From an uncultured Nitrososphaerota archaeon (GTDB taxonomy: Archaea > Thermoproteota > Methanomethylicia > Methanomethylicales > Methanomethylicaceae), in the NCBI GenBank assembly GCA_964634735.1, contig CAZWMA010000009.1:3378-67377 (forward strand): a DNA stretch of 64,000 nucleotides. The letters run 5' to 3'. The notes under the pieces are model-generated. The model was not told the origin of the DNA, made no database searches, and saw only the letters and a program-made list of their open reading frames with translations. Below are positions 28,619-37,994 of the stretch, in pieces. The position numbers and the translations under genes are program-made. Within the stretch, counting starts at the first letter, position 1, and each line of letters starts with the position of its first letter.

Positions 28619-28981
28619 ATGGACTTTAACATCATCCCGAAGAAGTATTACGCCTACATCGCAGCCATTGCATCGATCTTCCTGACTAGCGGCGGAATAT
28701 ACGTCTTGATTATGCAACCGGGAGCGGCAATCCAGATTAGCAGTGTCGTCAAGTTCTTGATACCTGCAAGCGTATCGTCGATGAGCATGACATCGACGGA
28801 GTTCTTGGTTTCAATCTTTCTTTCGTTAGCCGGGATGGCGGGATTCGTACTGCTTGACAGGGCGCTCCAGAGGAGCTTTGACCTCAACGGTTCGAAGATG
28901 CAGTATGTGATTGCGGTTTCGCTGATTGTCATCGCAATAATCGTATTCGAGTTCATGGTCAATGCAAAAACGACCGGATAG
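28619..28981 (+). CDS. OST3/OST6-family (DC2/OSTC-like) oligosaccharyltransferase subunit
   Basis: Three TM helices; FLTSGGIY.LI..P, EFLVS.FL...G..GF.LLDR and terminal K..G parallel eukaryotic DC2/OSTC as recalled. Confidence 0.72.
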   Translation: MDFNIIPKKYYAYIAAIASIFLTSGGIYVLIMQPGAAIQISSVVKFLIPASVSSMSMTSTEFLVSIFLSLAGMAGFVLLDRALQRSFDLNGSKMQYVIAVSLIVIAIIVFEFMVNAKTTG

Positions 28982-29141
28982 CGGAGAGCCGGTCAGCCAT
29001 TTTTAACGGTTGAACTCTATAATTGCAAGCGAAGGACTATGCGCCAACAAAGCGCAGAGCTGTTTGCATGCGAATTGAGGCGATGTAAGGGCAAAGTTTT
29101 ATTCATGTGAGATAAAGTGTCAAGATGGAGGCGATGCCCCC

Positions 29142-29541
29142 GTGGACCATGTCAGAGCTTTTGATATCCCTGTCAACGATATGAGAAGGGCAAAGAGGTT
29201 CTACGAGAAAGCCTTTGGCTGGCAGATTCGCCCAGTTCCTGGCAGCGGAGGCGATTTCCACGCAGCAAATACGGCACCGGTCGACGAGAATGATGAGCTA
29301 CAGATCCGCGGGGCAATTAATGGCGGCTTCTTCAGGAGGGGTACTCATGACCTGAAGGAGACTTTCCTTGAAGTCAATGTTCAGTCCATTGACGAGTGTC
29401 TCAAGAAGATATTGGAAGAAGGCGGTCAATTGATGACCTAAAGCTCCAATATTGGATATCGCGTTCTTTGCAGTGATCAAAGATACTGAAGGCAATGCCG
29501 TAGGACTCTGGGAAGACGTGAAGAGAGAGCGCCATCGATAA
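29142..29541 (+). pseudogene. VOC/glyoxalase-family protein split by a frameshift at ~29437
   Basis: F.IP..D..RA..FY...FGW and GAINGG in one frame to TAA 29439-29441; expected C-terminus PKAPI...FA.IKDTEGN.VGLWE continues in the +1 frame to TAA 29541. Confidence 0.85.
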
Positions 29542-29744
29542 TCGCCTATTGACAAACAATCGCCTATCGCGTTTTTTTTGTAATGGTTGCAGAATTACTG
29601 AATTTTGGGGACAAATTATTCGCTATTGAAAATGCGCAGCATAAGAAAGCAGCCTAAAAAAACAATACGAATGGGGCATGACCATTGGAGATTAACCAGT
29701 GAGCACAAGGCAATCAAGTGGCGTTTGATAACTTGGAGATGCGC

Positions 29745-30227
29745 TTACCACGGGTACTGCTTCAGCTTAAGCAGGTATGCAAATACGTTCGCGACAAGAT
29801 GAATCGGCGGCGTCACTATCAGCAGGAAGAGCGCTTGCTCCGGGGCATACTGGTAGACGGGGTACACGAATGCCAAGGCGCCAACGACGAAGTCTATCTG
29901 GTCAAGGACTGGCGCAGGCTTCCCTCTGGCTATCCCGAGCCGCCTCTTTATGAATGCACCAACCATATCGCCGCAGAGCGCCCCAAGGGAGAGCAGGAAT
30001 GACTCTAGCGGGTATCCGAATATGGCACCGGATAGGGTGCCCATAGCTAACCCCGCCAAGAACCCCTCGATCGTCTTTCCGTCCCCGAGTATTCTCTTGC
30101 CGTCCCACAGGTTCTTGCCCCGGTCGATGGGCCGCTTGCCTCTGGCGAGCACGGGGACGGAGTTTGCAATGAACGCGGGTGCGATCAGCACGAATGACAT
30201 GAAAACCATTTGCAGCAGATCGTTCAT
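29745..30227 (-). CDS. carS: CDP-archaeol synthase (DUF46)
   Basis: PA..AN..PV, PID.G....DG.RILGDGKT.EG, GD..GAFIKRR.G..RG...P.LDQ.DF. Confidence 0.93.
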   Translation of the reverse strand: MNDLLQMVFMSFVLIAPAFIANSVPVLARGKRPIDRGKNLWDGKRILGDGKTIEGFLAGLAMGTLSGAIFGYPLESFLLSLGALCGDMVGAFIKRRLGIARGKPAPVLDQIDFVVGALAFVYPVYQYAPEQALFLLIVTPPIHLVANVFAYLLKLKQYPW

Positions 30228-30919
30228 ACCGGGCTATCACCCATCCCTTCTAAACCTAACTGTGTAACTTTTATTAATGCGTCACCCTTGGATGGGGGCT
30301 TCGTGGCGGTTGCCTTTCGCACGTTCCCAGTGAGCTTCTCGAGGCGGACGGCGCGATTCGCCCAGTAACCGAGAATCCTGTACGCGACAGGCTGGACGGC
30401 AAGGCTGTTGAGCTGTGCCCTGACATCGCTCGTTAGCATGACGAAGAGCCCCATCTCCTTTGCTGCGGACTTGAGGAGGGCAAGCTGCCGGCTGAAGGAC
30501 TTGTTTATTGAGATGTTCTCATCGTGCTCCCCCAGCTTGGCTCTGTACAGGGAGGTTATCGTGTCGACTACCAGAAGGGCGGTTCCGGGAGGGATCTGGG
30601 AGTGCAGCGCCTCCAGTATAGCGTCCTGCTCCTCGTAGGTCTTGACTTCGAGCAGGTAGCACCTGTCCCCGACCGACTGCCATGAGGTGCCCGCGATCTC
30701 CATGAGGCGCTCAACTGGAGCCCTGCCTTCGGTGTAGAGCATTGTTGCCTTTAGGCCGCGGCGGGCGGCGCCGACCATCGACTGGAAGGCAAGCGAGGTC
30801 TTTCCGGATCCACGTTCCCCGAAGAAGAGCGCGATCTCCCCCAGGCTAAGGCCTCCGCCCATGATGGAGTCAATGGCAGGGCACCCGGTGCTCATGCTTT
30901 TAATAACATTGTCCGCCAA
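30224..30919 (-). CDS. radB: DNA repair protein RadB
   Basis: STGC..ID..MGGG, Walker A GERGSGKT, LLVVDTIT; no N-terminal HhH domain, unlike RadA. Confidence 0.85.
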   Translation of the reverse strand: MADNVIKSMSTGCPAIDSIMGGGLSLGEIALFFGERGSGKTSLAFQSMVGAARRGLKATMLYTEGRAPVERLMEIAGTSWQSVGDRCYLLEVKTYEEQDAILEALHSQIPPGTALLVVDTITSLYRAKLGEHDENISINKSFSRQLALLKSAAKEMGLFVMLTSDVRAQLNSLAVQPVAYRILGYWANRAVRLEKLTGNVRKATATKPPSKGDALIKVTQLGLEGMGDSPV

Positions 30920-30938
30920 TACTTATCTGACCTCCGCT

Positions 30939-31550
30939 ATGATCCGCTTGAAACACATAGGAGTCGTTGCTGATAACATTAAGGATGCTTACAGCGTAAT
31001 AAGGGAATTGAAGCGGCTCGGCGTCCCTTTCACGATGGTCAGCCCGGAAGGCCCGATGCCGGCGCATGTCAACGCAGCCATCGCCTGCGGCGAATGGCGC
31101 GGAACCCCATTTGACAGCATTGTCGATTACCGCGGGGACGCAAGGCGCTCGGTCCTTGAGTCGCTCAGCCTTGCGGCGGGGAGGAGGGAGTTCAGGGAGG
31201 TCGTCGTGGGCATAGATCCGGGCGAGTGCGTCGGGTTTGCGACCATCGCTGACGGCGAGCTCATCGAGGCGTACACGCTGCCGAAGTCGGATGCAAAAGG
31301 AGAGGCAAGGAGAATCGCAGGCGTCTATCCATCGGAGAGGATGCGATTCAGGATCGGCGCCGGCAGTGGGATAGCTTACAGCCCGGAGTCGCTGCCGGGA
31401 GGGGCGCGGATTATCATTGAGTATGTCGAGGAAGCCTCCGCGAGGAGGAGGCTGCTGCCGCCATTCTGGAGGAAGGGCTTGAGGAAGGATGCAAAGTCGG
31501 CGCTTGGCATAGCTCTCGGAGGGCCGATCGGAAGCGGGGCGCGCCGATGA
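30939..31550 (+). CDS. Conserved archaeal protein with RNase H-like (YqgF/RuvC-like) C-terminal domain
   Basis: VVGIDPG...GFA..ADG, RIG.G, V.E, D..SA..IA pattern. Confidence 0.65.
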   Translation: MIRLKHIGVVADNIKDAYSVIRELKRLGVPFTMVSPEGPMPAHVNAAIACGEWRGTPFDSIVDYRGDARRSVLESLSLAAGRREFREVVVGIDPGECVGFATIADGELIEAYTLPKSDAKGEARRIAGVYPSERMRFRIGAGSGIAYSPESLPGGARIIIEYVEEASARRRLLPPFWRKGLRKDAKSALGIALGGPIGSGARR

Positions 31551-31573
31551 TTGCGGCGGCTGGAAGGGCGCGT

Positions 31574-33508
31574 TCACTGGAAAAAGTCCCTTACGACCCT
31601 TTGAAGGGCCCCTGGGTCGTCCTCGACTTCGTGTATCCGCTCCTTTATCCATGCAGGAAGGAACCGCTTGACGTAGGAGGTCGAGAAGCGATAGTCCATG
31701 AATACGACGACTCCCCTGTCGTCCAGGTTCCTGAATGGTCGCCCAGCGGCCTGCGATGCCTTTCTCATGGCGGGAATGATGTATCCATACTCTCGCCCCT
31801 TGCCAGGAAAGATGGATTCGTAGTAGCTTATCTGCGCGTTGACCTTGGCTGTTGGCTTGGGGTAAGGGACGCCAACGATGATAACGGAGTTCATCTCGTC
31901 GCCGGGATAGTCCTCGCCCTCGCTGAACCGCCCTCCCATCACGCCCGCGAGGACGGCGCCGCCCCTCTTGGACATCGCCTTGTATTCGTCGAGGAGCGTG
32001 TCCTGCTCGGTCGACTTGATCTTCTGCTTCTCCAGGAAGAGCGGCTTGGTGACAGCTTTCTCGAGCCCGGCGCTAAGCAGGCCGTCCAAGATGCCGTATG
32101 ATGCGCAGAATATCCCGGTGTTGGCAGGCGTGTTGCGGGTCACCTCGGAGATCTTTGAGACCATCTTGGCGTAGGACTCGGCGCCCCGGCTCCCGTAGAG
32201 CGTGGAGACGCCCTTGCACACGAGCACGAGGGTCTGGTGCTCGCCGAATGGGGAGGGAAGGGTAACCTTCGAGCAGTCATCTGGAAGGCCCATCACCTTG
32301 CGGTAAGACTCGAGGTCCTCGAGCGTGCCGGACATGCTGATCGATGAGGCCGCGGCCGAGATGACGTCAGAGGTTGCCGATCGTGGGTCGAGCGAGACGA
32401 TCTCGGAGATGTAGGCCTTCTCCCCCGATGCCCGACCGCGATCCTTCTCGTCGGAGTAAATGAGATGCGCGTAAGATGGCTTGCCGCTCGTTTCGTGCCC
32501 CTTCTGGAAGAACTCGCCGAGGCGATGGATGTATGACCGCGGGATGCGGCCGTTCTCGAGCAGGTCAAACTTGATCTTGTCCCCGAACTCGTGCGTCTCC
32601 TCGAGGAAGACCCCGGGGTCCTCGTCCACCCGTGCTTCCTTCATCGCAGTTTCGGCGAGCTCCTTGAAGTTGGCGGTGTGCTCTCCAGGCCCCTTCGCTT
32701 TTATTATCTTGAGCATGCTGTCCGCGAAGCGCTCGACGTCCGGCTTGCCGTATTTGTCTGCCTCCTGCGATGCCATGGAGACGCTTATCGAAACAAGGGA
32801 GTCGCTCTCGTACTCATTGGCGGTCTCCGGGAGGTTGTGGGCCTCGTCGAGGATCAGGACATACTGGGAGAGCGACCTGACCTCGCCTCCCCCGAGCCGC
32901 TTCAGGAACGGGTCCCGTATCTTCCTGTCGAAGAGGTAGGCATAGCTCAGCGCCACGACATCGACGTGCGGGAGGAGGAGTTTTATCATCTCATAGGGGC
33001 AGAGCTCGTTCTCCTTCGTTGAGCATATTAGCTGGTATGCTGACGTTGGCTCGGCAAGGAAGTTGTCCCGGAGCGACTTGACGAGCCTCCCGCGGTCCTC
33101 CATGTTCTCGTAATAGGGGCACTTGTGGTCCTTTGTGAGGTCCGAGCAGAGTTCGGAGACGGTTTTGGGGTCCCGGGAGAGGCGCAGCACCGCTTCGTTG
33201 ACGCAGGTCTCGGACCGGCCCCTTATTGATATGCCCGAGACCTTCTCCTTCTTGTTGATCTCGACCAGCTCCTCGACCACACGGTCCAGCTCCTTGTAGG
33301 TTCGGGCGGCGTAGAGTATGCGCAGCCCTCTGGGCTTGCATGCCTGGAGGGCGCCGGCAAGGGCACCCACAGTCTTGCCTAGTCCACTGGCGCCGTCGAT
33401 TGCGACGTGCGAGTTCTTGCTTATCGCTTCCGAGACGGATGTGAGGAGGGCCTCCTGGTTAGGCTTGAATGAAGGGTAAGGGAAGTATTTCCAGTGGCAG
33501 GAGGCCAA
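31574..33508 (-). CDS. xpd: XPD/Rad3-family Fe-S DNA helicase
   Basis: Q motif, GASGLGKT, four Fe-S Cys (TC, LC, CPYY, LCPY), DEAHN, SGTL, GRFSEG.D, QAAGR..R. Confidence 0.93.
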   Translation of the reverse strand: MASCHWKYFPYPSFKPNQEALLTSVSEAISKNSHVAIDGASGLGKTVGALAGALQACKPRGLRILYAARTYKELDRVVEELVEINKKEKVSGISIRGRSETCVNEAVLRLSRDPKTVSELCSDLTKDHKCPYYENMEDRGRLVKSLRDNFLAEPTSAYQLICSTKENELCPYEMIKLLLPHVDVVALSYAYLFDRKIRDPFLKRLGGGEVRSLSQYVLILDEAHNLPETANEYESDSLVSISVSMASQEADKYGKPDVERFADSMLKIIKAKGPGEHTANFKELAETAMKEARVDEDPGVFLEETHEFGDKIKFDLLENGRIPRSYIHRLGEFFQKGHETSGKPSYAHLIYSDEKDRGRASGEKAYISEIVSLDPRSATSDVISAAASSISMSGTLEDLESYRKVMGLPDDCSKVTLPSPFGEHQTLVLVCKGVSTLYGSRGAESYAKMVSKISEVTRNTPANTGIFCASYGILDGLLSAGLEKAVTKPLFLEKQKIKSTEQDTLLDEYKAMSKRGGAVLAGVMGGRFSEGEDYPGDEMNSVIIVGVPYPKPTAKVNAQISYYESIFPGKGREYGYIIPAMRKASQAAGRPFRNLDDRGVVVFMDYRFSTSYVKRFLPAWIKERIHEVEDDPGALQRVVRDFFQ

Positions 33509-33653
33509 AAAAATCCACCGCTACCTATCAAAAAAGTTAACCGATTTAAGTTTACCGTCCTTCTCCTGCGGCGCTGCGCCGGAGAGGTCGTCCAAAAAGG
33601 TTTTAGCCATAGCGAATCATGGTATTGTATAGCAATGCTGTTTTCTTGGTGGC

Positions 33654-34970
33654 ATGGTAATGAGCTTCAGGCAGTTTCTCGAGGATGAGAGGAGGATTGA
33701 AGGCCAAGTAGCGGATGTGCCAGACCAACTCTCTGCTGAATACGAGGCGCCAGCGGTCATGAAAGCGCACGACGGCGGAGAGGTGCTCGTCTTCAGCAAG
33801 ATTAGGGGGCACAAGGCTAGGGCGGTCGCCGGGCTCTGCGGGACGAGGGAGAGGGTTTACAGGGCAATCGGGGCGACTTCGAAGGATTATTACTCCAAGC
33901 TCATAGCGGCAGCCGGAAAGCCCATCGAGCCAGAGCTGGTTAGCTGCGGCCCGGTCATGGAGTTGTCGGGCCAAGCGGACCTGGGCAAGCTGCCTATATT
34001 CAGGCACTACGAGAAGGATGGCGGGAAGTACATAACCTCGGGCATTGTTGTCGCGAGGAGCCCCGACGGCAAGTTCCAGAACGCGTCGATCCACAGGCTG
34101 CTGGTCCTCGGCAAGGACAGGCTCGCCATCAGGATAGTCCCGAGGCACCTCTATGCGCTCCACCAGGAGGCGAAGGCAAGGGGCGAGGACCTCCAGGTGG
34201 CGATAGTAATAGGCGTCAATCCGGCGCTCTCGGTAGGAGTGAACGCGGGGCCGAAGCTCGGCGTAGACGAGACGTGGGTCGGCAACGCGTTGATGGGCGG
34301 GGGGCTGAAGGTCGTTAAGTGCAAGGGCACCGGCGTGATGGTCCCGGCTGAGGCCGAGATCGTGCTCGAGGGCGCAATCAAGGCGGATGAGACCGTTGAT
34401 GAGGGACCGTTCGTCGACCTGACGGGGACCTACGATATCATTAGGAAGCAGCCGGTCATACAGCTCACAGGAATGATGATGCGGAAGGACGCGATCTACC
34501 AGGCGATTCTCCCGGGCGGCGCGGAGCACAAGCTCCTCATGGGGCTGCCGAAGGAGGCGAGGATGTACGACGCCATATCGAGGGCGGTCCCGGAGGTTAT
34601 GGGCGTCAGGCTTACTCTTGGCGGGGGGTGCTGGTTCCACGCCGCGGTATCGATAAGGAAGCAGGCTGACGGCGACGGGAAGAACGCGCTCCTAGCCGCT
34701 CTCGGCTCGAACCCGAGCGTGAAGCATGTAGTGGTGGTCGATGAGGACATCAATATTGACGATATGTCCGAGGTGGAGTGGGCGATTGCGACCCGATTCC
34801 AGGGCGACTCAGGGATCATAAAGGTGAAGAGGGCGCGGGGGTCCTCGCTGGACCCGTCGTCCGACCAGGAGAGGATTCTGACCACGAAGCTGGGCATAGA
34901 CGCCACTGTGCCATGGGGCAAGCCGAGGCAGAAGTTCGAGAAGGCGAGGATACCCAAGGCAGCTCTTTGA
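33654..34970 (+). CDS. UbiD-family decarboxylase (probable anhydromevalonate phosphate decarboxylase)
   Basis: D.G.YITSG, N.SIHR, EGPF.D.TG.YD, EH..LMG.P, VD.DI...D..EVEWAIATR; adjacent to AcnX subunits. Confidence 0.9.
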   Translation: MVMSFRQFLEDERRIEGQVADVPDQLSAEYEAPAVMKAHDGGEVLVFSKIRGHKARAVAGLCGTRERVYRAIGATSKDYYSKLIAAAGKPIEPELVSCGPVMELSGQADLGKLPIFRHYEKDGGKYITSGIVVARSPDGKFQNASIHRLLVLGKDRLAIRIVPRHLYALHQEAKARGEDLQVAIVIGVNPALSVGVNAGPKLGVDETWVGNALMGGGLKVVKCKGTGVMVPAEAEIVLEGAIKADETVDEGPFVDLTGTYDIIRKQPVIQLTGMMMRKDAIYQAILPGGAEHKLLMGLPKEARMYDAISRAVPEVMGVRLTLGGGCWFHAAVSIRKQADGDGKNALLAALGSNPSVKHVVVVDEDINIDDMSEVEWAIATRFQGDSGIIKVKRARGSSLDPSSDQERILTTKLGIDATVPWGKPRQKFEKARIPKAAL

Positions 34971-34995
34971 GATTTCGATATTTTGTGGTGGTCTC

Positions 34996-36213
34996 ATGCA
35001 CCTTACGCGGGAAGAGGAGAGGATGCTGGCGGGGAGGGACGGGCAGGGCGTTCAGAAGGCTATGCAATTGCTCGTGGCCCTGGGCGACGTCCTGGGCGCC
35101 GACAAGCTCATACCGATAACAAGCGCACAGGTCGCTGGCGTATCATATGGGAACATAGGGGACGCGGGGATGGAACTCCTCGAGGACTGGGCGAAGTCCG
35201 GCGCGAAGGCGAGGGTCATGACAACGCTCAACCCCGCGGGCATGGATCTCGATAGCTGGCGCATAATGGGGGTCAGCCAGGAGTACCATGACAAGCAGCT
35301 CAGGATAATCAAGGCGTTCGAGAGGATGGGGGTCAAAACTACGTGCACGTGCACGCCGTACCTCGTCGGGAACCTGCCCAAGAGGGGGGAGCACATAGCG
35401 TGGTCGGAGTCGTCCGCGATAGGGTATGCCAACTCGTTCCTTGGCGCCATGACGAACAGGGAGGGGGGACCTTCAGCACTCGCCGCGGCGCTGACGGGAA
35501 AGACGCCGCGATACGGGCTCCACCTGAATGAGAATCGGAGGGCAACGGTTGTAGTTGACGTGGATGCCGGGGCAGGGCTCAAGACGGCGTACGATTTCAG
35601 TGTCCTCGGCTACGCGGTAGGTAGGGCTGTCGGCTCAGGGATACCGTTCTTCACAGGCATAGGGAATGCTGATTCCGACAGGATCAAGATAATGTCTGCC
35701 GCGCTCGCTGCGGCAGGCGGGATAGCGATGTTCCATATCAAGGGCGTGACCCCTGAGGCGAGGGCGCAGAGGCTCGACAGGCTGGAGAGGGTTGCCATCG
35801 GGAGGCGAGAGGTGGACGAGGCGCGGCGGAGGCTCACAGCGGAAGGGAGCCCGGACTTGGCTTGCATCGGATGCCCGCACTGCAGCCTGGAGGAGATCAG
35901 GGATATTGCGAGGCTCGTCGAGGGGCGCAGGGTAGCGCTTGGCAAGGGGCTCTGGGTCTGGACATCCAGGGGCGTCTACGGCAGAGCGAAGAGGAGAGGT
36001 TTTGTAGGCGCAATAGAGGCTGCCGGAGGCAAGGTCTTCGCGGACACGTGCATGGTCGTGTGCCCACTCGAAGGGACCGGCTTCAGGCACATGGTTACGA
36101 ACTCGTGCAAGGCGGCGCACTACGTGATGTCGGCGCCCGGGATGAAGGCGTCCATCGCTGAGCTGCACGCTGCCATCGCAGGCGTCGTTGAGGGCAAGGG
36201 GGCCAAGGCATGA
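34996..36213 (+). CDS. Aconitase X catalytic subunit (probable phosphomevalonate dehydratase large subunit)
   Basis: Q.AGVSY.N.G..G, TLNP.G.D, CTCTPY, AWSESSA...ANS..GA.TNREGGP, IGCPH.S, DTC.VV.P, TNS.KAA.Y. Confidence 0.92.
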   Translation: MHLTREEERMLAGRDGQGVQKAMQLLVALGDVLGADKLIPITSAQVAGVSYGNIGDAGMELLEDWAKSGAKARVMTTLNPAGMDLDSWRIMGVSQEYHDKQLRIIKAFERMGVKTTCTCTPYLVGNLPKRGEHIAWSESSAIGYANSFLGAMTNREGGPSALAAALTGKTPRYGLHLNENRRATVVVDVDAGAGLKTAYDFSVLGYAVGRAVGSGIPFFTGIGNADSDRIKIMSAALAAAGGIAMFHIKGVTPEARAQRLDRLERVAIGRREVDEARRRLTAEGSPDLACIGCPHCSLEEIRDIARLVEGRRVALGKGLWVWTSRGVYGRAKRRGFVGAIEAAGGKVFADTCMVVCPLEGTGFRHMVTNSCKAAHYVMSAPGMKASIAELHAAIAGVVEGKGAKA

Positions 36214-36656
36214 CGGGGATGGAGCACTACGCCGCAGAGGCGCGCAGGTACCGTTGCAGGGGCATCGCGAAGTTCCACGGCGAAGGCTATGCGCTTGTGA
36301 CAGGGCAAGGGCTCTCATTCTTCGGAGGAGTCGACCCTAAGACCGGCGAGATCAAGGAGAAGGGGCACGAGCTCTTCGGCGAGGAGGTGGCAGGGAAGGT
36401 CCTCGTCTTCCCGAAGGGGAAGGGGAGCACGGTCGGGTCCTATGTGATATACCAGCTCAGGAAGAACGGGAAGGCACCCGCTGCCATAATCAACGCCGAG
36501 ACGGAGACCATCATTGCGACTGGCTGCATACTGGCGGAGGTCCCGCTCGTCGACAGGCTGGAGGCGGACCCGCTCAAGGCGATAAAGACCGGCGACTGGG
36601 TAGCGGTGGACGGCAGGCTGGGGACGGTAACGGTCACCGATAACCATCAACTATAA
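36210..36656 (+). CDS. Aconitase X swiveling subunit DUF126 (phosphomevalonate dehydratase small subunit)
   Basis: SFFGGVDP.TG, GKVLVFP.GKGSTVGSYV.Y. Confidence 0.93.
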   Translation: MTGMEHYAAEARRYRCRGIAKFHGEGYALVTGQGLSFFGGVDPKTGEIKEKGHELFGEEVAGKVLVFPKGKGSTVGSYVIYQLRKNGKAPAAIINAETETIIATGCILAEVPLVDRLEADPLKAIKTGDWVAVDGRLGTVTVTDNHQL

Positions 36657-36691
36657 GTTGCCCGGCATCGAACGTTTATTCGGTAATTGCC

Positions 36692-37957
36692 ATGGCCAGA
36701 CCTTGGGGTATGATCAAGGATCCCGTCCACGGTTATGTTCACGTCTCGGAGACCGAGAAGAAGGTCATCGATACCCTTCCGATGCAGAGGCTGAGGAGGG
36801 TCAAGCAACTCGTCTTCGCAGAGTACGTCTACCCCGGGGCGAACCATACCCGCTTCGAGCACTCGATAGGGGTGATGCATCTCGCAGGGGTGATGGGGAA
36901 GTCGCTGCCTGTTCCGATAGGGGAGGGGGAGCTGCAGCGCCTCAGGCTGGCAGGTTTGTGCCACGACCTCGGGCATGGCCCGTTCTCGCACACGTTCGAG
37001 CAGATGCTTCTGAGGAAGCTCGACAAGACTCATGAAGACCTCACGCCTTGGATAATCAATGGCAGCGAACTGAAGGACGTGATATCGGGCTGCGGCCTGA
37101 ACGTGGCGGATGTCGCGGACCTGGCGGTCGGGAGGGCTTCAGGGATAAAGCCATTCATAAACCAGATCATATCGAGCTCGGTGGATGTCGACAAGATGGA
37201 TTTCCTTGTCCGTGACACGCACCACACCGGGGCGGAGTATGGAAAGATCGACATCTACAGGCTCATCTACACGATGGATGTCTTTGACGACTCGCTGGCG
37301 GTGGACAGTTCTGCGCTCGCTGCCCTGGAGGCGTTCCTCATAGCTAGGGTGGAGTCGTTCAGGGCGATTTACTACCACAAGACCGCGAGGGCAGGCCAGA
37401 TAATGCTCGTCAGGGCGATGGAGGCGGCGGACGAGGAGCTCGGGCTCTGCGACTTCAAGACCCCCGAGGAGTACCTGGAGCTCGACGACATCAGTCTTTG
37501 GGCGAAGCTTAAGGCGTGCAGCAAGTCAAGCAAGATCATGAAGGACCTTGAGAGGCGGAAGCTGCTCAAGTGTGCCTATGAGAGGGAGATGCAGGCGGAG
37601 GACAAGTCCGTTAGCAGCCTCTTCGGTGTGGAGGGGATAAGGAGGCAGGTTGAGGAGGAGATAGCGTCGATGGCAGGCGTCCCAAAGGACTGCGTCTTCA
37701 TAGACACCCCATCGCTCCCGTCCATACCTTACTTCAACAAGCTAAGCTTCGATCCCATGGAGATACCAGTCGTCGACGGCACAGGCAGCGAGAGGAAGCT
37801 GCTGAAGGCAACGAAGGTCTCTAGGACGATTCAGGTGCTTAAGGGATTCGTGAATATTGTGAGGGTTTATACCGATTCGGACTGCAGGTTGCAGGTCGAG
37901 GAGGCGGCGGAGAAGGTTCTCGGGAACATACCCGAGTCGGCGAGGGTCTCTTACTGA
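36692..37957 (+). CDS. HD-domain phosphohydrolase (dNTP triphosphohydrolase-like)
   Basis: DPVHG, QRLRRV.QL, HTRFEHS.G, HDLGHGPFSH, D.DKMDFL.RD, YYHKT.R. Confidence 0.9.
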   Translation: MARPWGMIKDPVHGYVHVSETEKKVIDTLPMQRLRRVKQLVFAEYVYPGANHTRFEHSIGVMHLAGVMGKSLPVPIGEGELQRLRLAGLCHDLGHGPFSHTFEQMLLRKLDKTHEDLTPWIINGSELKDVISGCGLNVADVADLAVGRASGIKPFINQIISSSVDVDKMDFLVRDTHHTGAEYGKIDIYRLIYTMDVFDDSLAVDSSALAALEAFLIARVESFRAIYYHKTARAGQIMLVRAMEAADEELGLCDFKTPEEYLELDDISLWAKLKACSKSSKIMKDLERRKLLKCAYEREMQAEDKSVSSLFGVEGIRRQVEEEIASMAGVPKDCVFIDTPSLPSIPYFNKLSFDPMEIPVVDGTGSERKLLKATKVSRTIQVLKGFVNIVRVYTDSDCRLQVEEAAEKVLGNIPESARVSY

Positions 37958-37994
37958 AATCGGGCAAGCGACCGGCGTGCAGACCTTGGCAGGC

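Noticed and set aside
29439-29441. Selenocysteine or pyrrolysine readthrough as the cause of the VOC break
   Set aside because: The stop is TAA and the continuation is in a different frame.
29542-29744. Short ORFs and the ATCGCCTAT duplication in the VOC-carS gap
   Set aside because: The region lies between convergent genes, is low in complexity and has T-tracts typical of terminators; no coding signal.
33603-34640. Long antisense ORF over the UbiD gene, and similar shadows at 9907-10635, 35635-36318 and 41426-42262
   Set aside because: They mirror well-conserved genes in GC-rich sequence, are Arg/Pro/Leu-rich and show no motifs; these are codon-bias shadows.
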